Below are positions 15,882 through 26,623 of a stretch of DNA of 64,000 nt, in pieces. The notes under the pieces were generated by a model. It did no database searches. It worked only from the letters and a program-made list of their open reading frames with translations, and was not told the DNA's origin. The DNA lies in assembly GCA_036557785.1 (NCBI GenBank), contig DATBGZ010000016.1, positions 2,576 to 66,575 of the forward strand, given 5' to 3'. Both the position numbers and the translations under genes were made by a program. The stretch's first letter is position 1, and each line of letters opens with the position of its first letter. Origin of the DNA: Micromonosporaceae bacterium. Lineage in GTDB: Bacteria; Actinomycetota; Actinomycetes; Mycobacteriales; Micromonosporaceae.

Positions 15882-18539
15882 TCAGGGGACCGCGCGCAGC
15901 CAGCGGCCGTCGGTGGGGTGGTCCCCGTCGGTGCCGTTGCGCGGCTCGATCACCGTGACCGCCCCGGTCTCGCCGTGGACGCCGGCTGGTTCCTCCTGGC
16001 GTGTGGCGGCGAGCCACGCCTCGAACCGCTCGAACGGCAAGGCCCGACTGAACAGGAAGCCCTGGCCCACCTCGCAGCCCAGGTCCTCGAGCAGGTTGAC
16101 GGTCCGTTCGCTCTCGACCCCCTCGGCGACGCAGACCAGGCCGAGGTGTCGGGCCAGGCTCACCACCGCGCGGACCGTGGCGAGATCATCCGCGTTCGTC
16201 GCCATTCCCTGAACAAACGAGCGGTCGATCTTCACCTCGTGAAACGGCAGCCGGCGAAGATAGGACAGCGACGCGTTGCCGGTCCCGAAGTCGTCCACGG
16301 CGAGGCGAACGCCGGCGTCGGCGAGGCGCTTGAGGTTGGCCAGGGAACGCTCGGGCTCGCCCACCATGCTGTCTTCGCGGATCTCCAGCGTGACCAGGTG
16401 AGCAGGCACGCCGAACTCGTTGAGCAGAGCCGCCACGTGCCGCGGGAAGGCCGGGTCGACGATCGTCCGGAACGAGAGGTTCACCGCGACGGGCAGCTCG
16501 CGCCCGGCGTCCAGCCAGGTCCGGGCCCGGCGCAGACCCTCGCGGAGCACGAGATCGGTGATCCGGCCCAGTTGTCCCGTGTGCTCGGCGACCGCCACAA
16601 AGTCGCGCGGCGGCACCGAGCCGTAGGCCGGGTGCTCCCATCGGGCCAGGCACTCGACACCCACCACCCGGCGGTCCGGCAAGGCGACCATCGGCTGGAA
16701 GTGGACCTCGATCGCGTCGTCCGCGCGCCCGCCGTTGCCCGCCCAGGACTCCGCCGGCCCGGTTTCGCCGTCGCCGAGCGCGCGTCGCAGGTCGGCGGCG
16801 AGTTCCAAGCGCAGCGATGACCGGGCGGTCAGGCTGGGCCGGAACAGATGCACCTGGGTGCCGAACTGCTTGGCCGACTGGGCCGCGAGATCTGCCCGCC
16901 GGACCAGTACGTCCGGTTCGCTGGCGTGGTCGGGATGGACCGCGACGCCGACCGCGACGTTGACCTCGAGCGTCGCCTCGCCGACCCGCATCGGCTGCTG
17001 GATCGCGGCGCGCAGGCTTCCCGCGAGCGCGACGGCGGCCGGCGCGTCGGGCAGCCGGAGCGTGACGAGGAACTCGTCACTGCCGCTGCGGCCGACCAGA
17101 GCCGCGGCGGGTGCGAGATTGCGCAGTCGGCTCGCCACCTCCCGGAGCAGCTCGTCACCAGCATCGTGGCCGAACGCGTCGTTGACATCCCGCAGTCCCT
17201 CGACATCGATCGAGAGCACGGCCACGACCTCGCCCGGCGTCCGGACCCGTACGGCTTCCTCAAGCTGGGCCAGCACCCGCCGCCGGTTCGGCAGGCGGGT
17301 CAGCGCGTCGTGGTAGGCGTCGAAGCGCAGCCGATCGACCAGGCGGGAGTTCTCCACGGCCACGGCGGCGTGCGCGGCCAGGGTCTGCAACAGGCGTACG
17401 TCGTCCGGACCGAAGAAGGCCCGCTCACCAAGCCGTCCGACGACCTCCAGGCTGCCGATCACGGCGGAGCCGGAGCGCAGCGGCACGACGATCGCGTCCT
17501 TGATCCCGCTGCCCCGCAAGAGCGCCCGCAGAGCCGACTCGCCAACCTTGGGACCCACCACGACCGTCGTCCCGTCGGCCACGGCGCGCTCGCGCAGCAT
17601 CGGCGGTGTCGGGCTCTGGTCCAGCAGACCCGACGAGTCGACCCGGGCGGTGAGCAGAGTCTGCGGGTAGCGACCGTCCGCCGGCAGCCAGAGCGTGGCG
17701 TACTCGGCCTGCAACAACTCGCGCACGCGGCCGAGCAGCACGTCCGGCAGGGTGCCGTTGCGGCCCGCGTCGGAGAGCTGCTGGGTCAGCTCGTAGAGCT
17801 CGGTCAGGCTACGGTGCTGCCGGGAGAACTGCGCGTACGACCGGTAGGCGACCACGAGCAGTGCGGTCAACCCCGCGAGCAGGACGATCGACCACGGCTC
17901 GCCCTGCAGCACCTTCAACACGATCAGGGCGACCAGGATGTTCGCCGCGGCGACCACGAGCACCGAGGTTGAGGCGCGGACGAGGTTGCGCACGGGCGGG
18001 ATGCCCTGCACCAGGCAGATCACGCCGATGACCGCCACCACGGAGATCACGGAGTAGGCGAAGACGGCGACCGCGAGCACGACCCACGTGCGGGGCGTGA
18101 CGGCAGGATAGGTGGGGAATCGCGCCGAGATCAGCGCGGCGACCGTGGTCGCGAGGCTCACCGCGACCACGTTGTAGACGACCTTGACGATCGAGTTGCG
18201 CTGGATCAGTTGGACGATGAGGCAGCCGATCGCCCGCACGGCCACCACCGTGATGGGGGACAGGTAGAACAGCGCGAGCAGGAGTACGACCTCGCCGACG
18301 GTGACGCTCACCGAATGCCGGCGCACCTCGAAGGACAGGACGATCGCCTGCGACAGCACAACGAGCACGAGGTAGAGCAGCGCCGTCGCGATTTCGTGGG
18401 GACTGAACGTATGCCGTCCACCGAGCCCGACGATGAGCACCGCGGTGAGGATGCCCAACGGGATGGATAGGTAGTACGCATACCACTGGGGCCGGCCCCG
18501 GGACGCGTTCAGCCGCGCCACCGCGTCCCCCTCGCACAC
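15882..18539 (-). CDS. membrane-bound GAF-GGDEF-EAL protein (diguanylate cyclase/phosphodiesterase)
   Basis: 885-aa ORF with about 8 N-terminal TM segments and a GAF-like segment. The GGDEF region carries a degenerate RSGSDEF, and the EAL domain has QPMVAL...EALARWEHP and DDFGTGNASLSYL. Confidence 0.9.
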   Translation of the reverse strand: MCEGDAVARLNASRGRPQWYAYYLSIPLGILTAVLIVGLGGRHTFSPHEIATALLYLVLVVLSQAIVLSFEVRRHSVSVTVGEVVLLLALFYLSPITVVAVRAIGCLIVQLIQRNSIVKVVYNVVAVSLATTVAALISARFPTYPAVTPRTWVVLAVAVFAYSVISVVAVIGVICLVQGIPPVRNLVRASTSVLVVAAANILVALIVLKVLQGEPWSIVLLAGLTALLVVAYRSYAQFSRQHRSLTELYELTQQLSDAGRNGTLPDVLLGRVRELLQAEYATLWLPADGRYPQTLLTARVDSSGLLDQSPTPPMLRERAVADGTTVVVGPKVGESALRALLRGSGIKDAIVVPLRSGSAVIGSLEVVGRLGERAFFGPDDVRLLQTLAAHAAVAVENSRLVDRLRFDAYHDALTRLPNRRRVLAQLEEAVRVRTPGEVVAVLSIDVEGLRDVNDAFGHDAGDELLREVASRLRNLAPAAALVGRSGSDEFLVTLRLPDAPAAVALAGSLRAAIQQPMRVGEATLEVNVAVGVAVHPDHASEPDVLVRRADLAAQSAKQFGTQVHLFRPSLTARSSLRLELAADLRRALGDGETGPAESWAGNGGRADDAIEVHFQPMVALPDRRVVGVECLARWEHPAYGSVPPRDFVAVAEHTGQLGRITDLVLREGLRRARTWLDAGRELPVAVNLSFRTIVDPAFPRHVAALLNEFGVPAHLVTLEIREDSMVGEPERSLANLKRLADAGVRLAVDDFGTGNASLSYLRRLPFHEVKIDRSFVQGMATNADDLATVRAVVSLARHLGLVCVAEGVESERTVNLLEDLGCEVGQGFLFSRALPFERFEAWLAATRQEEPAGVHGETGAVTVIEPRNGTDGDHPTDGRWLRAVP

Positions 18540-18605
18540 CAGACGCGGCGGCCCTCGATCGGCGCACCCGCCGTCATGCGGCGCGCTGTCGCCTCGGTGG
18601 GCCGG

Positions 18606-18725
18606 TCAGGTCCACGTGATCTCGGACAGTGACACAGAACCCCAGACAAGGACGGTGAACGCCGCCACGATCGCGAGCGCCACCGCCACTCGGGCCACGG
18701 TGCGGCGCCTCAGGCCCCTACGCAT
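18606..18725 (-). CDS. possible 39-aa single-TM micro-protein
   Basis: Track ORF 18606..18836 trimmed to MRRGLRRRTVARVAVALAIVAAFTVLVWGSVSLSEITWT, preceded by GGGAG. There is no homology evidence and it could be non-coding. Confidence 0.25.
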   Translation of the reverse strand: MRRGLRRRTVARVAVALAIVAAFTVLVWGSVSLSEITWT

Positions 18726-19017
18726 CTCGGACTCCCATCGACCATCACCTGTGACGAACCCAGGGATAGGAGGATGCTGCCACACCGCAGGGCTCGCGCC
18801 TACCCATGAACGGCCGGAAGCAACGCCCGTAGCCAAAGTCTGACCGTTCGACCCATCCGGCGGCGCAGACCCCCTGCGGTCGCTACCGTCCGTGAAGATC
18901 AGGCGTACGGAACGTTTGCATCAGCATCGGGGCGGCGTGGCCGGCTCCAGGTCGCCATCTCAGGATGTGGAAACCGGTGCCGGATCGCGAAACAGCACTG
19001 CAGGAGAAAACTCCGGC

Positions 19018-19551
19018 CTACGGCGACGGGCAGGAGCGGTCCTGGTCGAACTGCTGGGTCGAAATGTAGGCGCCGCCGAACGATATCTGGTCGCCCATCT
19101 CGTGAAGTGTGAAGCCGACAGCCGAATAACCACCGCTGCCGGCCAGCGTCACCCGCGCGACGTAGTACGTCTGATCGTCCAGATCGCCGGCCAACGGCAC
19201 GTCTTCGGTTCCTCCCGAGGGGGTCTGCCCGACGATGAACGTCGTCGCGGTCGTCGGCGAGGCAAAGGTCGCCCTCCAGACGGCTGGTTCATGCTCGCGC
19301 ACAAGATGGCCTTTCTGGTCCGCGGGCCGGAGAACTTCGATGGCGGTGATCTGGACCGGCGTACAGCTGACGTAGAGAATCTGGACCTGCCCGCCGGACA
19401 AGAGCACGGCGAGCCGAGGAGGATTGATTGGATCCGACGGAAAGAACTGGCACCCGGTCAGCGCGACAGTCGCGCAGAACGCGACCAGGACGCTCGTCAC
19501 CCGACGGCGTCCGCGCGACGTGCCGCGAGTGTGCGTGCTCACTGCGACCAT
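19018..19551 (-). CDS. putative lipoprotein, function unknown
   Basis: This is the C-terminal 177 aa of track ORF 19018..20697, which crosses tRNA-Tyr. Start MVAVSTHTRGTSRGRRRVTSVLVAFCATVALTGC has a lipobox (LTGC). Confidence 0.6.
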   Translation of the reverse strand: MVAVSTHTRGTSRGRRRVTSVLVAFCATVALTGCQFFPSDPINPPRLAVLLSGGQVQILYVSCTPVQITAIEVLRPADQKGHLVREHEPAVWRATFASPTTATTFIVGQTPSGGTEDVPLAGDLDDQTYYVARVTLAGSGGYSAVGFTLHEMGDQISFGGAYISTQQFDQDRSCPSP

Positions 19552-19626
19552 GCACGCATGGTGAACCAGGAGTGTCACGAAACGGCCCCCGCCCGCGTGG
19601 CGCGGGTCAGGGGCCATTCGACACGG

Positions 19627-19710
19627 TGGTGGCGGGTCGAGGATTCGAACCTCGGTAGCTTTCGCGACAGATTTACAGTCTGCTCCCATTGGCCGCTCGG
19701 GCAACCCGCC
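19627..19710 (-). tRNA. tRNA-Tyr (anticodon GTA) with long variable arm, CCA encoded
   Basis: The minus strand reads GGCGGGTTGCCCGAGCGGCCAATGGGAGCAGACTGTAAATCTGTCGCGAAAGCTACCGAGGTTCGAATCCTCGACCCGCCACCA. The anticodon loop is CTGTAAA. Confidence 0.93.
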
Positions 19711-19905
19711 ATGAGTGCCAGCACGCCGGCACAGCAGCCCAGACAGGATACGGCACGATCGACGGGGTCCGCAGACGGGTATCGGGCTGCTCCGGCACCC
19801 GCTCGCACCGGGAGGTGTTGAGCCGGCCAGGCCTGACTCAGCGGTAGCGTCGTCGGGTAAACCCCGTGCGTACCAGCAACACCCGTCCGTCACCCGGGAG
19901 GCGAC

Positions 19906-20400
19906 ATGGCCGACACGTCCTCGTTCGACATTGTCAGCAAAGTGGACCGCCAGGAGGTCGACAACGCCCTGAACCAGACCGCGAAAGAGCTGGCGCAGCG
20001 CTTCGACTTCCGGGGCACCAACGCCAGCATCGCGTGGGCCGGCGAGTCGGCGGTCACGCTCAAGGCCGACACCGAAGACCGCGTGAAGGCGGCACTGGAC
20101 GTCTTCAAGGAGAAGCTGGTCAAGCGCCAGATCTCGCTGAAGGCGCTCGACGCGCACGACCCCGCACCGTCCGGAAAGGGCCACAAGATCGACTGCACGA
20201 TCGTGCAGGGCATTGACTCCGACAAGGCGCGGGTGATCTCGAAGAAGATCCGCGACGAGGGCCCCCGCGGCGTGCAGGCCCAGATCCAGGGCGACCAACT
20301 GCGGGTCACCGGCAAGAAGAGAGACGACCTGCAGGCCGTCATCGCCCTGCTGCGCGCCGAAGACTTCGGCATCGCCCTGCAGTTCACCAACTACCGCTAG
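19906..20400 (+). CDS. yajQ: YajQ-family (UPF0234) nucleotide-binding protein
   Basis: 164-aa ORF: [38 protein letters not shown]...[19 protein letters not shown]. This is a typical YajQ signature. Confidence 0.9.
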   Translation: MADTSSFDIVSKVDRQEVDNALNQTAKELAQRFDFRGTNASIAWAGESAVTLKADTEDRVKAALDVFKEKLVKRQISLKALDAHDPAPSGKGHKIDCTIVQGIDSDKARVISKKIRDEGPRGVQAQIQGDQLRVTGKKRDDLQAVIALLRAEDFGIALQFTNYR

Positions 20401-20444
20401 CGGCACCGGGCCGCGGCAGGTCGAGTGAGCAGCAAGACCGGTCG

Positions 20445-21398
20445 TCAGCCCGCGGCCGCGGTCTTGATGAGCGGCGCGTCCCGCGAGAGCTCCCGGAACC
20501 CGAGTCCGTAATACAGCCCGCGTGCGCTGGGATGCCCTGACGCTCCCAGGCAGACGACCGTCGCGTGAGTGGCGCCGGCTGCCCGCGCCAGATGCATCCC
20601 GTGTCGCATCATCGCCCTGGCCAGCCCGAGCCGCCGATAGTCCGGATGGGTTCCGACCGGCTCGAACTCGACGGTCTTGTTCACCTCGTCGAGCCACATG
20701 ATCGTCGAGGACGCCATCGTTCCCTCCGGTGCCTCAACGAGGACGTGCAGGTCGCCGCGGTAGGCAGCCGTGCGCCGCACGTCTTCGTAGCTTTGGGCCG
20801 TGTACGACGAGGGAGTCCACGCTGCCACGTGGGCAGTGACCGCCGCCGCCGGTCCGGCCTCGTCGGCGGTGCGGAACCGGAACCCCGCCGGCAGCACGGG
20901 CCGCTCCACATCGGTGAGATCCCGCTCGTTGAGCTGGGTCCAGCTGCCGGTGTCGCCGAGTGCCTCCACATCGGTCTGGTATCCGTGCGCCGCCCACCGC
21001 CGCAACGCGAACTCGTCGGCGGTCGTCGGTAAGGCGGTGCGATCGAGGCCGGCCGCAACCCGGTCGTACCACTCGATCACTTCGTCGACCAGTCCGGCGT
21101 GGTCGGGATCGACCTGATAGCTCAGCGAGGCGCCGGTGACGTCCGTGACGGATCCGTCATTGCGCCTGACCTGGCGCGGAAGAAAGGCCCAGCCCCACGC
21201 CACCAGCTCGTCACCAGAGAACCAGAGCCGACGCGGCCAGGTCGAGGCGTACCGGGCGCACCCCTGGCCCCAGACCCAGGCCAGCTCTCCGTACGAAGCG
21301 TCGGCACTGATCAGCTCTGGGCGACTGGCGGTGACGCGCTGTGCCAGACCCTGCATGAGCGGTATGTCCGCGCCGGTCAGGAGCTCGAAATCCGTCAT
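20445..21398 (-). CDS. GNAT-family N-acetyltransferase (C-terminal GNAT domain)
   Basis: Track ORF 20445..22373 is an in-frame read-through, so I trimmed it to MTDFELLTGADIPL... (317 aa). The C-terminal acetyl-CoA motif is VGTHPDYRRLGLARAMMRHGMHLARAAGA...YYGLGF. Confidence 0.75.
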   Translation of the reverse strand: MTDFELLTGADIPLMQGLAQRVTASRPELISADASYGELAWVWGQGCARYASTWPRRLWFSGDELVAWGWAFLPRQVRRNDGSVTDVTGASLSYQVDPDHAGLVDEVIEWYDRVAAGLDRTALPTTADEFALRRWAAHGYQTDVEALGDTGSWTQLNERDLTDVERPVLPAGFRFRTADEAGPAAAVTAHVAAWTPSSYTAQSYEDVRRTAAYRGDLHVLVEAPEGTMASSTIMWLDEVNKTVEFEPVGTHPDYRRLGLARAMMRHGMHLARAAGATHATVVCLGASGHPSARGLYYGLGFRELSRDAPLIKTAAAG

Positions 21399-21451
21399 GG
21401 CCCGCCACTGTGCCAGGAATCGGCAAAGCGGACGAACCGATTTCCGCCGGA

Positions 21452-22333
21452 CTAGCGGGAGTACTGGATGGGACCCGAGTTGCGGGCCATGTCCTCGAGG
21501 CGGGCGATGCGCTGCTCCATCGGCGGGTGCGTGGAGAAGAGGCTGCGCAGGCCACCCGCGCGGAAGGGGTTGGCGATCATGAGGTGCGCGGTGCTCGTGA
21601 GCTGGCCGTCTGCCGGCAGGGGCATGGCCTTCGTCCCCGCGTTGATCTTGCGCAGGGCGCTGGCCAGGGCGAGCGGGTCGTTGCTGAGCTGCGCGCCCGA
21701 GGCATCCGCCTGGAACTCCCTGCTCCGGGAGATAGCGAGCTGGATGATCGACGCAGCGATCGGACCAAGGATGAGCATGAGCAGCATGCCCGCCAGGCCG
21801 GGTCCGTCGTCGTCGTCCGAGCGCCCGATGGGGATGAACCACGCGAGCTGGGCCAGCATCGTGATGATGCCGGCGAGCGCCGCGGCTACCGACGAGATGA
21901 GGATGTCCCGGTTGTAGACGTGGGACAGCTCGTGCCCGATCACGCCACGCAGTTCCCGCCGGTCGAGCATGCCGAGGATGCCCTGGGTCACGCAGACGGC
22001 CGCGTTCTGGGGGTTGCGCCCCGTCGCGAACGCGTTGGGCTGGGGCGTCGGCGAGACGTACAGCCGTGGCATGGGCTGCTTGGCCTGGGTAGCCAGCTCC
22101 CGCACGATCGCGTAGTACTCCGGCATCTGGGCCTCGGTGACCGGAACCGCGCCCATGGTGCGCAGTGCGATCTTGTCGGAGTAGAAGTACGTGGCCGCGT
22201 TCATGCCGAGCGACACGAGAACCGCGATCACCAGGCCGGTGGTGCCGCCGAACCAGTAGCCGACGAGCAGGATCAGCCCGCTCAGCAGGCCGAGCAGCGC
22301 CGCCGTCTTCAGGCCGTTGTGATGCCCATGCAT
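21452..22333 (-). CDS. htpX: zinc metalloprotease HtpX (peptidase M48)
   Basis: Trimmed to [23 protein letters not shown]... (293 aa). It has the HELSHV zinc motif, NAFATG, and TM segments. Confidence 0.92.
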   Translation of the reverse strand: MHGHHNGLKTAALLGLLSGLILLVGYWFGGTTGLVIAVLVSLGMNAATYFYSDKIALRTMGAVPVTEAQMPEYYAIVRELATQAKQPMPRLYVSPTPQPNAFATGRNPQNAAVCVTQGILGMLDRRELRGVIGHELSHVYNRDILISSVAAALAGIITMLAQLAWFIPIGRSDDDDGPGLAGMLLMLILGPIAASIIQLAISRSREFQADASGAQLSNDPLALASALRKINAGTKAMPLPADGQLTSTAHLMIANPFRAGGLRSLFSTHPPMEQRIARLEDMARNSGPIQYSR

Positions 22334-22535
22334 CAGAAGCTCTCCTCCTTGCGGCGGGACATCCCGCACCCATTGGATTCCATAGTGCCGCGTCGAGCGG
22401 CGGCCGGCCCGCTGCGCACCTGAGAAAATCCTGGGAGCCGTGGACCGCCCCGGCCCCTGTTCGGGTGGCCGCCGCCCCAATACCGGATGAAAGCAGGACG
22501 GCGGCGCCACCAGCCGACGATTAGCATTCGCCCGT

Positions 22536-23618
22536 ATGGGGGACGACCGGGACGGGACCGCTGTCGTCCCGCCTGTGGGCCAGACAGGCCAGGAACCCGG
22601 GCGTCGCCGCGGGCGGCGTTGGTTCTGGATCCTCGTCGTCACTGGCGCGCTCGTGCTCATCGGCTCCGGCGTCGTCGCATTCGGACCCACCCTTCTCCTG
22701 GACCGCTACGACAGCAAGGTCCAGCGGGCGGACATCCTCGGCGACATCCCCACACCGACGCCACCCCCCAACGCGCCGGTCGACCTGCGCCCGATGAACT
22801 TCCTCATCCTGGGCTCGGACTCGCGCTCGCCAGACGCCCGCGGCTTCGACGCCACCGGCGACCGCTCCGACACGATCATGATCGTGCACATCCCGGAGGG
22901 CCACCGGTCGGCATTCATCTTCTCGATTCCCCGGGACAGCTACGTGTCCGTGCCTGCCACGGGCGACTGGCCGGGCGGAAAGAACAAGATAAACGCCGCG
23001 ATGGCGTACGGCGGCGCGTCGGCCGCCGCACGGACCGTCTACGAGCTGACCAAGATTCCGCTCAGCGGCGCCTTCGTCGTCAACTTCGGCGGTATCCGCA
23101 GAATGGTCGAGGTGGTGGGCAAGGTCCACGTCTGCATCCCGTACACGGTCCACTCCACGTTCTCCAGCATGGTGTGGACAAAGGGGTGCCACGACATGGG
23201 TCCGGCGGAGACCGAGGAGTTCGTCCGCCAGCGCAAGGGGACCCCGGCCGGCGACTTCGCGCGGATGTACCAGCAGCAACTGGTCATCAAGGCGCTCGCC
23301 CGTCAGATCGCCAGCGCCGGCATGCTGACCAACCCGCTCAAGCTCGATCGGCTGATCAGCATCGCGGCCGAGTCGGTCACGGTCGACAAGAACACCGACC
23401 TGCGCACGCTGATCATGCAGCTCAAGGACATCCCGCCGGAGAACATCCAGACCGCCACGACGCCATGGTCCGGACTCGGCAGCGAGGCGGTCGGCTCGGT
23501 CGTGTACCTCAACATGCCGGCCGCGCAGGAGCTCTTCCAGGCCGTGATCGACGACCGTACGGACGCGTGGCTGACAGCGCACCCACAGGGCATCCCGAGC
23601 TGGAACCCGCCCGAGTAG
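22536..23618 (+). CDS. LytR/CpsA/Psr (LCP) family cell-envelope phosphotransferase
   Basis: 360-aa ORF with an N-terminal TM. LCP core: [12 protein letters not shown]...[13 protein letters not shown]...[12 protein letters not shown]...[10 protein letters not shown]. Confidence 0.88.
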   Translation: MGDDRDGTAVVPPVGQTGQEPGRRRGRRWFWILVVTGALVLIGSGVVAFGPTLLLDRYDSKVQRADILGDIPTPTPPPNAPVDLRPMNFLILGSDSRSPDARGFDATGDRSDTIMIVHIPEGHRSAFIFSIPRDSYVSVPATGDWPGGKNKINAAMAYGGASAAARTVYELTKIPLSGAFVVNFGGIRRMVEVVGKVHVCIPYTVHSTFSSMVWTKGCHDMGPAETEEFVRQRKGTPAGDFARMYQQQLVIKALARQIASAGMLTNPLKLDRLISIAAESVTVDKNTDLRTLIMQLKDIPPENIQTATTPWSGLGSEAVGSVVYLNMPAAQELFQAVIDDRTDAWLTAHPQGIPSWNPPE

Positions 23619-23714
23619 GCTGCGCCCCGCGACACCATGTCCGGGCGGGGCGCCCTCGGGGACTGGTCGCCCCGACGTAGGCTCGGAACGGTATTGCCCC
23701 AAGGAGGCTCGACA

Positions 23715-25559
23715 GTGACCAAACAGGTCAGACAACTGGATCGAGTGGTCATCCGGTTCGCCGGCGACTCAGGCGATGGGATGCAGCTCACCGGAGACCG
23801 GTTCACCTCCGAAACCGCTCAGCTCGGCAACGACATCTCCACGCTGCCGAACTTCCCGGCGGAGATCAGGGCTCCCGCGGGGACCCTGCCCGGTGTGTCG
23901 AGCTTCCAAGTGCACTTCGCCGACTACGACATCCTCACGCCGGGCGACGCACCGGACGTCCTCGTGGCGATGAACCCGGCAGCGCTGAAGGCCAACGTGG
24001 CCGACCTCCCCAACGGCGCCGACATCATCGTCAACACCGACGAATTCTCCAAGCGCAACCTGACCCGAGTCGGTTATCCGGCCAACCCGCTGGAGGACGG
24101 CACCCTCGACCGGTACGCGGTCCACCCCGTGGCGCTGACGTCGATGACGGTCGGCGCGCTCGCCGGCTTCGACATCTCGAAGAAGGAGGCCGAACGCGCG
24201 AAGAACATGTTCGCCCTCGGCCTGCTCTCCTGGCTGTACTCCCGCCCGTACGAGTCGACGATCTCGTTCCTGGAGACGAAGTTCGCCCGCTCCCCGCAGA
24301 TCGCCGCCGCGAACGTCGCCGCGTTCAAGGCGGGCTGGAACTTCGGGGAGACCACAGAGAGCTTCTCGGTGCGCTACGAGGTCAAACCCGCACGGATGCG
24401 TTCCGGCAACTACCGCAACATCACCGGCAACATGGCACTCGCCCTCGGCCTGGTCGCGGCCGGCGTGCGGTCGAAGCTGCCGGTCTTCCTCGGCGCGTAC
24501 CCGATCACCCCGGCCAGCGACATCCTGCACGAGTTGGCCAAGCACAAGCGCTTCAACATCACGACCATGCAGGCCGAGGACGAGATCGCCGCAGTGGGCG
24601 CGGCGCTGGGCGCCTCGTACGGCGGCGCCCTCGGCGTGACCACGACGAGCGGCCCGGGCGTGGCGTTGAAGGGGGAGACCATCTCGCTCGCCGTCGCGCT
24701 CGAGTTGCCGCTGCTCGTCATCGACATCCAGCGGGCGGGCCCATCGACCGGGATGCCCACCAAGACCGAGCAGGCCGACCTGAACATGGCGCTGTTCGGT
24801 CGCCACGGTGAGGCGCCCGTGGTCGTGCTCGCGGCGTGCTCACCGGCGGACTGCTTCTACTCGGCCCTCGATGCGGCCCGGATCGCGCTGACCTACCGCA
24901 CGCCCGTCCTGCTGCTCTCGGATGGCTACATCGCCAACGGCTCGGAGCCGTGGTTGCTGCCCGACGTCGCCGAGCTGCCCGACCTGAGTGTGGACTTCGC
25001 GACCACACCGAACGGCCCCGACGGCCGGTTCCTGCCCTACCTGCGCGACCCGCTGACTTTGGCCCGGCCCTGGGCCATTCCCGGCACGCCCGGCCTCGAG
25101 CACCGCATCGGCGGCCTGGAGAAGGCCGACCGGACCGGGGACATCTCGTACGATCCGGTCAACCATGACTTCATGGTCCGGACGCGGGCGGCCCGCATCG
25201 AGGCGATCGACGTACCCGAGCTCGAGGTGGACGACCCCGACGGCACGGCCCGGGTTCTCGTGCTCGGCTGGGGGTCGACGTACGGACCGATCGGCGCGGC
25301 ATGCCGCGCGCTGCGGGGCAACGGTCTGGCCGTGGCCCAGGCTCACCTGCGCCATCTCAAGCCGATGCCCGCCAACCTCGGGGCCGTGCTGAAGAGGTAC
25401 GACCGGGTGGTGATCCCGGAGATGAACCTCGGCCAGCTCGCCCAGGTGATCCGCAGCCGGTACCTGGTCGACGCGATCTCGTACAACCAGGTCCGCGGCC
25501 TGCCGTTCACCTCCACGGAGCTGGAGACCGTGCTGGGAGATGTGATCAAGAATGACTAG
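23715..25559 (+). CDS. korA: 2-oxoglutarate:ferredoxin oxidoreductase subunit alpha
   Basis: The GTG at 23715 is preceded by AAGGAGG (23701-23707). Sequence VTKQVRQLDRVVIRFAGDSGDGMQLTG...GAYPITPASDILHEL is typical of KorA. It overlaps korB. Confidence 0.9.
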   Translation: MTKQVRQLDRVVIRFAGDSGDGMQLTGDRFTSETAQLGNDISTLPNFPAEIRAPAGTLPGVSSFQVHFADYDILTPGDAPDVLVAMNPAALKANVADLPNGADIIVNTDEFSKRNLTRVGYPANPLEDGTLDRYAVHPVALTSMTVGALAGFDISKKEAERAKNMFALGLLSWLYSRPYESTISFLETKFARSPQIAAANVAAFKAGWNFGETTESFSVRYEVKPARMRSGNYRNITGNMALALGLVAAGVRSKLPVFLGAYPITPASDILHELAKHKRFNITTMQAEDEIAAVGAALGASYGGALGVTTTSGPGVALKGETISLAVALELPLLVIDIQRAGPSTGMPTKTEQADLNMALFGRHGEAPVVVLAACSPADCFYSALDAARIALTYRTPVLLLSDGYIANGSEPWLLPDVAELPDLSVDFATTPNGPDGRFLPYLRDPLTLARPWAIPGTPGLEHRIGGLEKADRTGDISYDPVNHDFMVRTRAARIEAIDVPELEVDDPDGTARVLVLGWGSTYGPIGAACRALRGNGLAVAQAHLRHLKPMPANLGAVLKRYDRVVIPEMNLGQLAQVIRSRYLVDAISYNQVRGLPFTSTELETVLGDVIKND

Positions 25560-26580
25560 CGTTCCGGTGGCCCTGACCGCGAAGGATCTCAAGACCGACC
25601 AGGAGGTGCGCTGGTGCCCCGGCTGCGGGGATTACGCGATCCTGGCCGCGGTGCAGTCGTTCATGCCGGAGCTGGCGATCCCGAAGGAGCGGATGGTCTT
25701 CATCTCGGGCATCGGGTGCTCGTCGCGGTTCCCGTACTACATGGAGACCTACGGCGTGCACTCCATCCACGGTCGAGCCCCCGCGATCGCGACCGGTCTG
25801 GCGGTGTCGCGACCAGACCTGTCGGTATGGGTGGTCACCGGCGACGGCGACGCGCTGTCGATCGGCGGCAATCACCTCATCCACGCGCTGCGCCGCAATG
25901 TCAACCTGAAGATCCTGCTCTTCAACAACCGGATCTATGGCCTCACCAAGGGCCAGTACTCGCCCACCTCGGAGCTGGGCAAGGTGTCGAAGTCCACGCC
26001 GCTGGGCTCCGCCGACGCTCCGTTCAACCCGATCTCGCTCGCTCTCGGGGCGGAGGCGTCGTTCGTGGCGCGGACGATCGACTCGGACCGCAAGCACCTG
26101 CAGTCGGTCCTGCGGGCCGCGGCACAGCATCAAGGATCCGCATTCGTCGAGATATACCAGAACTGCAACATCTTCAACGACGGCGCCTTCGACCTGCTCA
26201 AGGATGCCGGGACGCGCGAGGCGGCGCTCATCCCGCTCGAGCACGGGCAGCCGCTGACCTTTGGCACAGACGGGCAGTCCGCGGTCGTTCGCTCGGCCTC
26301 GGGGTTCGGCCTGGAGGTGCGTGCCACGGCCGAAGTCGCACCGGAGCAGATCATCGTGCACGACGAGACGGTCGCCGAGCCGGCCTACGCGTTCGCGCTC
26401 TCGCGGCTGCCGATGGCCGACCTGTCGCACACGCCGATCGGGGTGTTCCGCAACGTCGACCGGCCCACGTACGACGGCCTGGTCCGTGCCCAGGTGGACG
26501 CGGCCATGTCCAAGGTGGACGATCCGAATGCCGAGCTCACGAAGCTGCTGAACTCCGGCGACACCTGGACGATCCTGTAG
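25552..26580 (+). CDS. korB: 2-oxoglutarate:ferredoxin oxidoreductase subunit beta (TPP-binding)
   Basis: 342-aa ORF with WCPGCGDYAIL and the TPP motif GDGDALSIGGNHLIHALRRN. Confidence 0.92.
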   Translation: MTSVPVALTAKDLKTDQEVRWCPGCGDYAILAAVQSFMPELAIPKERMVFISGIGCSSRFPYYMETYGVHSIHGRAPAIATGLAVSRPDLSVWVVTGDGDALSIGGNHLIHALRRNVNLKILLFNNRIYGLTKGQYSPTSELGKVSKSTPLGSADAPFNPISLALGAEASFVARTIDSDRKHLQSVLRAAAQHQGSAFVEIYQNCNIFNDGAFDLLKDAGTREAALIPLEHGQPLTFGTDGQSAVVRSASGFGLEVRATAEVAPEQIIVHDETVAEPAYAFALSRLPMADLSHTPIGVFRNVDRPTYDGLVRAQVDAAMSKVDDPNAELTKLLNSGDTWTIL

Positions 26581-26623
26581 CGCGACCGAGGTCGCAGTGG
26601 CGACGCCGCTACACTGCTGACCC

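Noticed and set aside
19018-20697. 559-aa minus-strand ORF
   Set aside because: It runs straight through tRNA-Tyr (19627-19710) and antisense to the well-supported yajQ gene. I kept only the C-terminal 177 aa, which begins at an ATG with a lipoprotein signal.
20904-20975. 12-nt direct repeat CTCCACATCGGT at 20904-20915 and 20964-20975 inside the GNAT gene
   Set aside because: Both copies are in frame and encode T-D-V-E in a coding region. There are only two copies 60 nt apart, so this is most simply coincidental or local sequence similarity rather than a functional repeat.
20445-22373. 642-aa ORF apparently fusing a GNAT with upstream sequence, and 412-aa ORF 21452..22690 for htpX
   Set aside because: The N-terminal portions are Arg/Pro-rich read-through in frame, overlapping the neighbouring genes. 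The homology-like sequence begins at internal ATGs (21398 for the GNAT, 22333 for HtpX).
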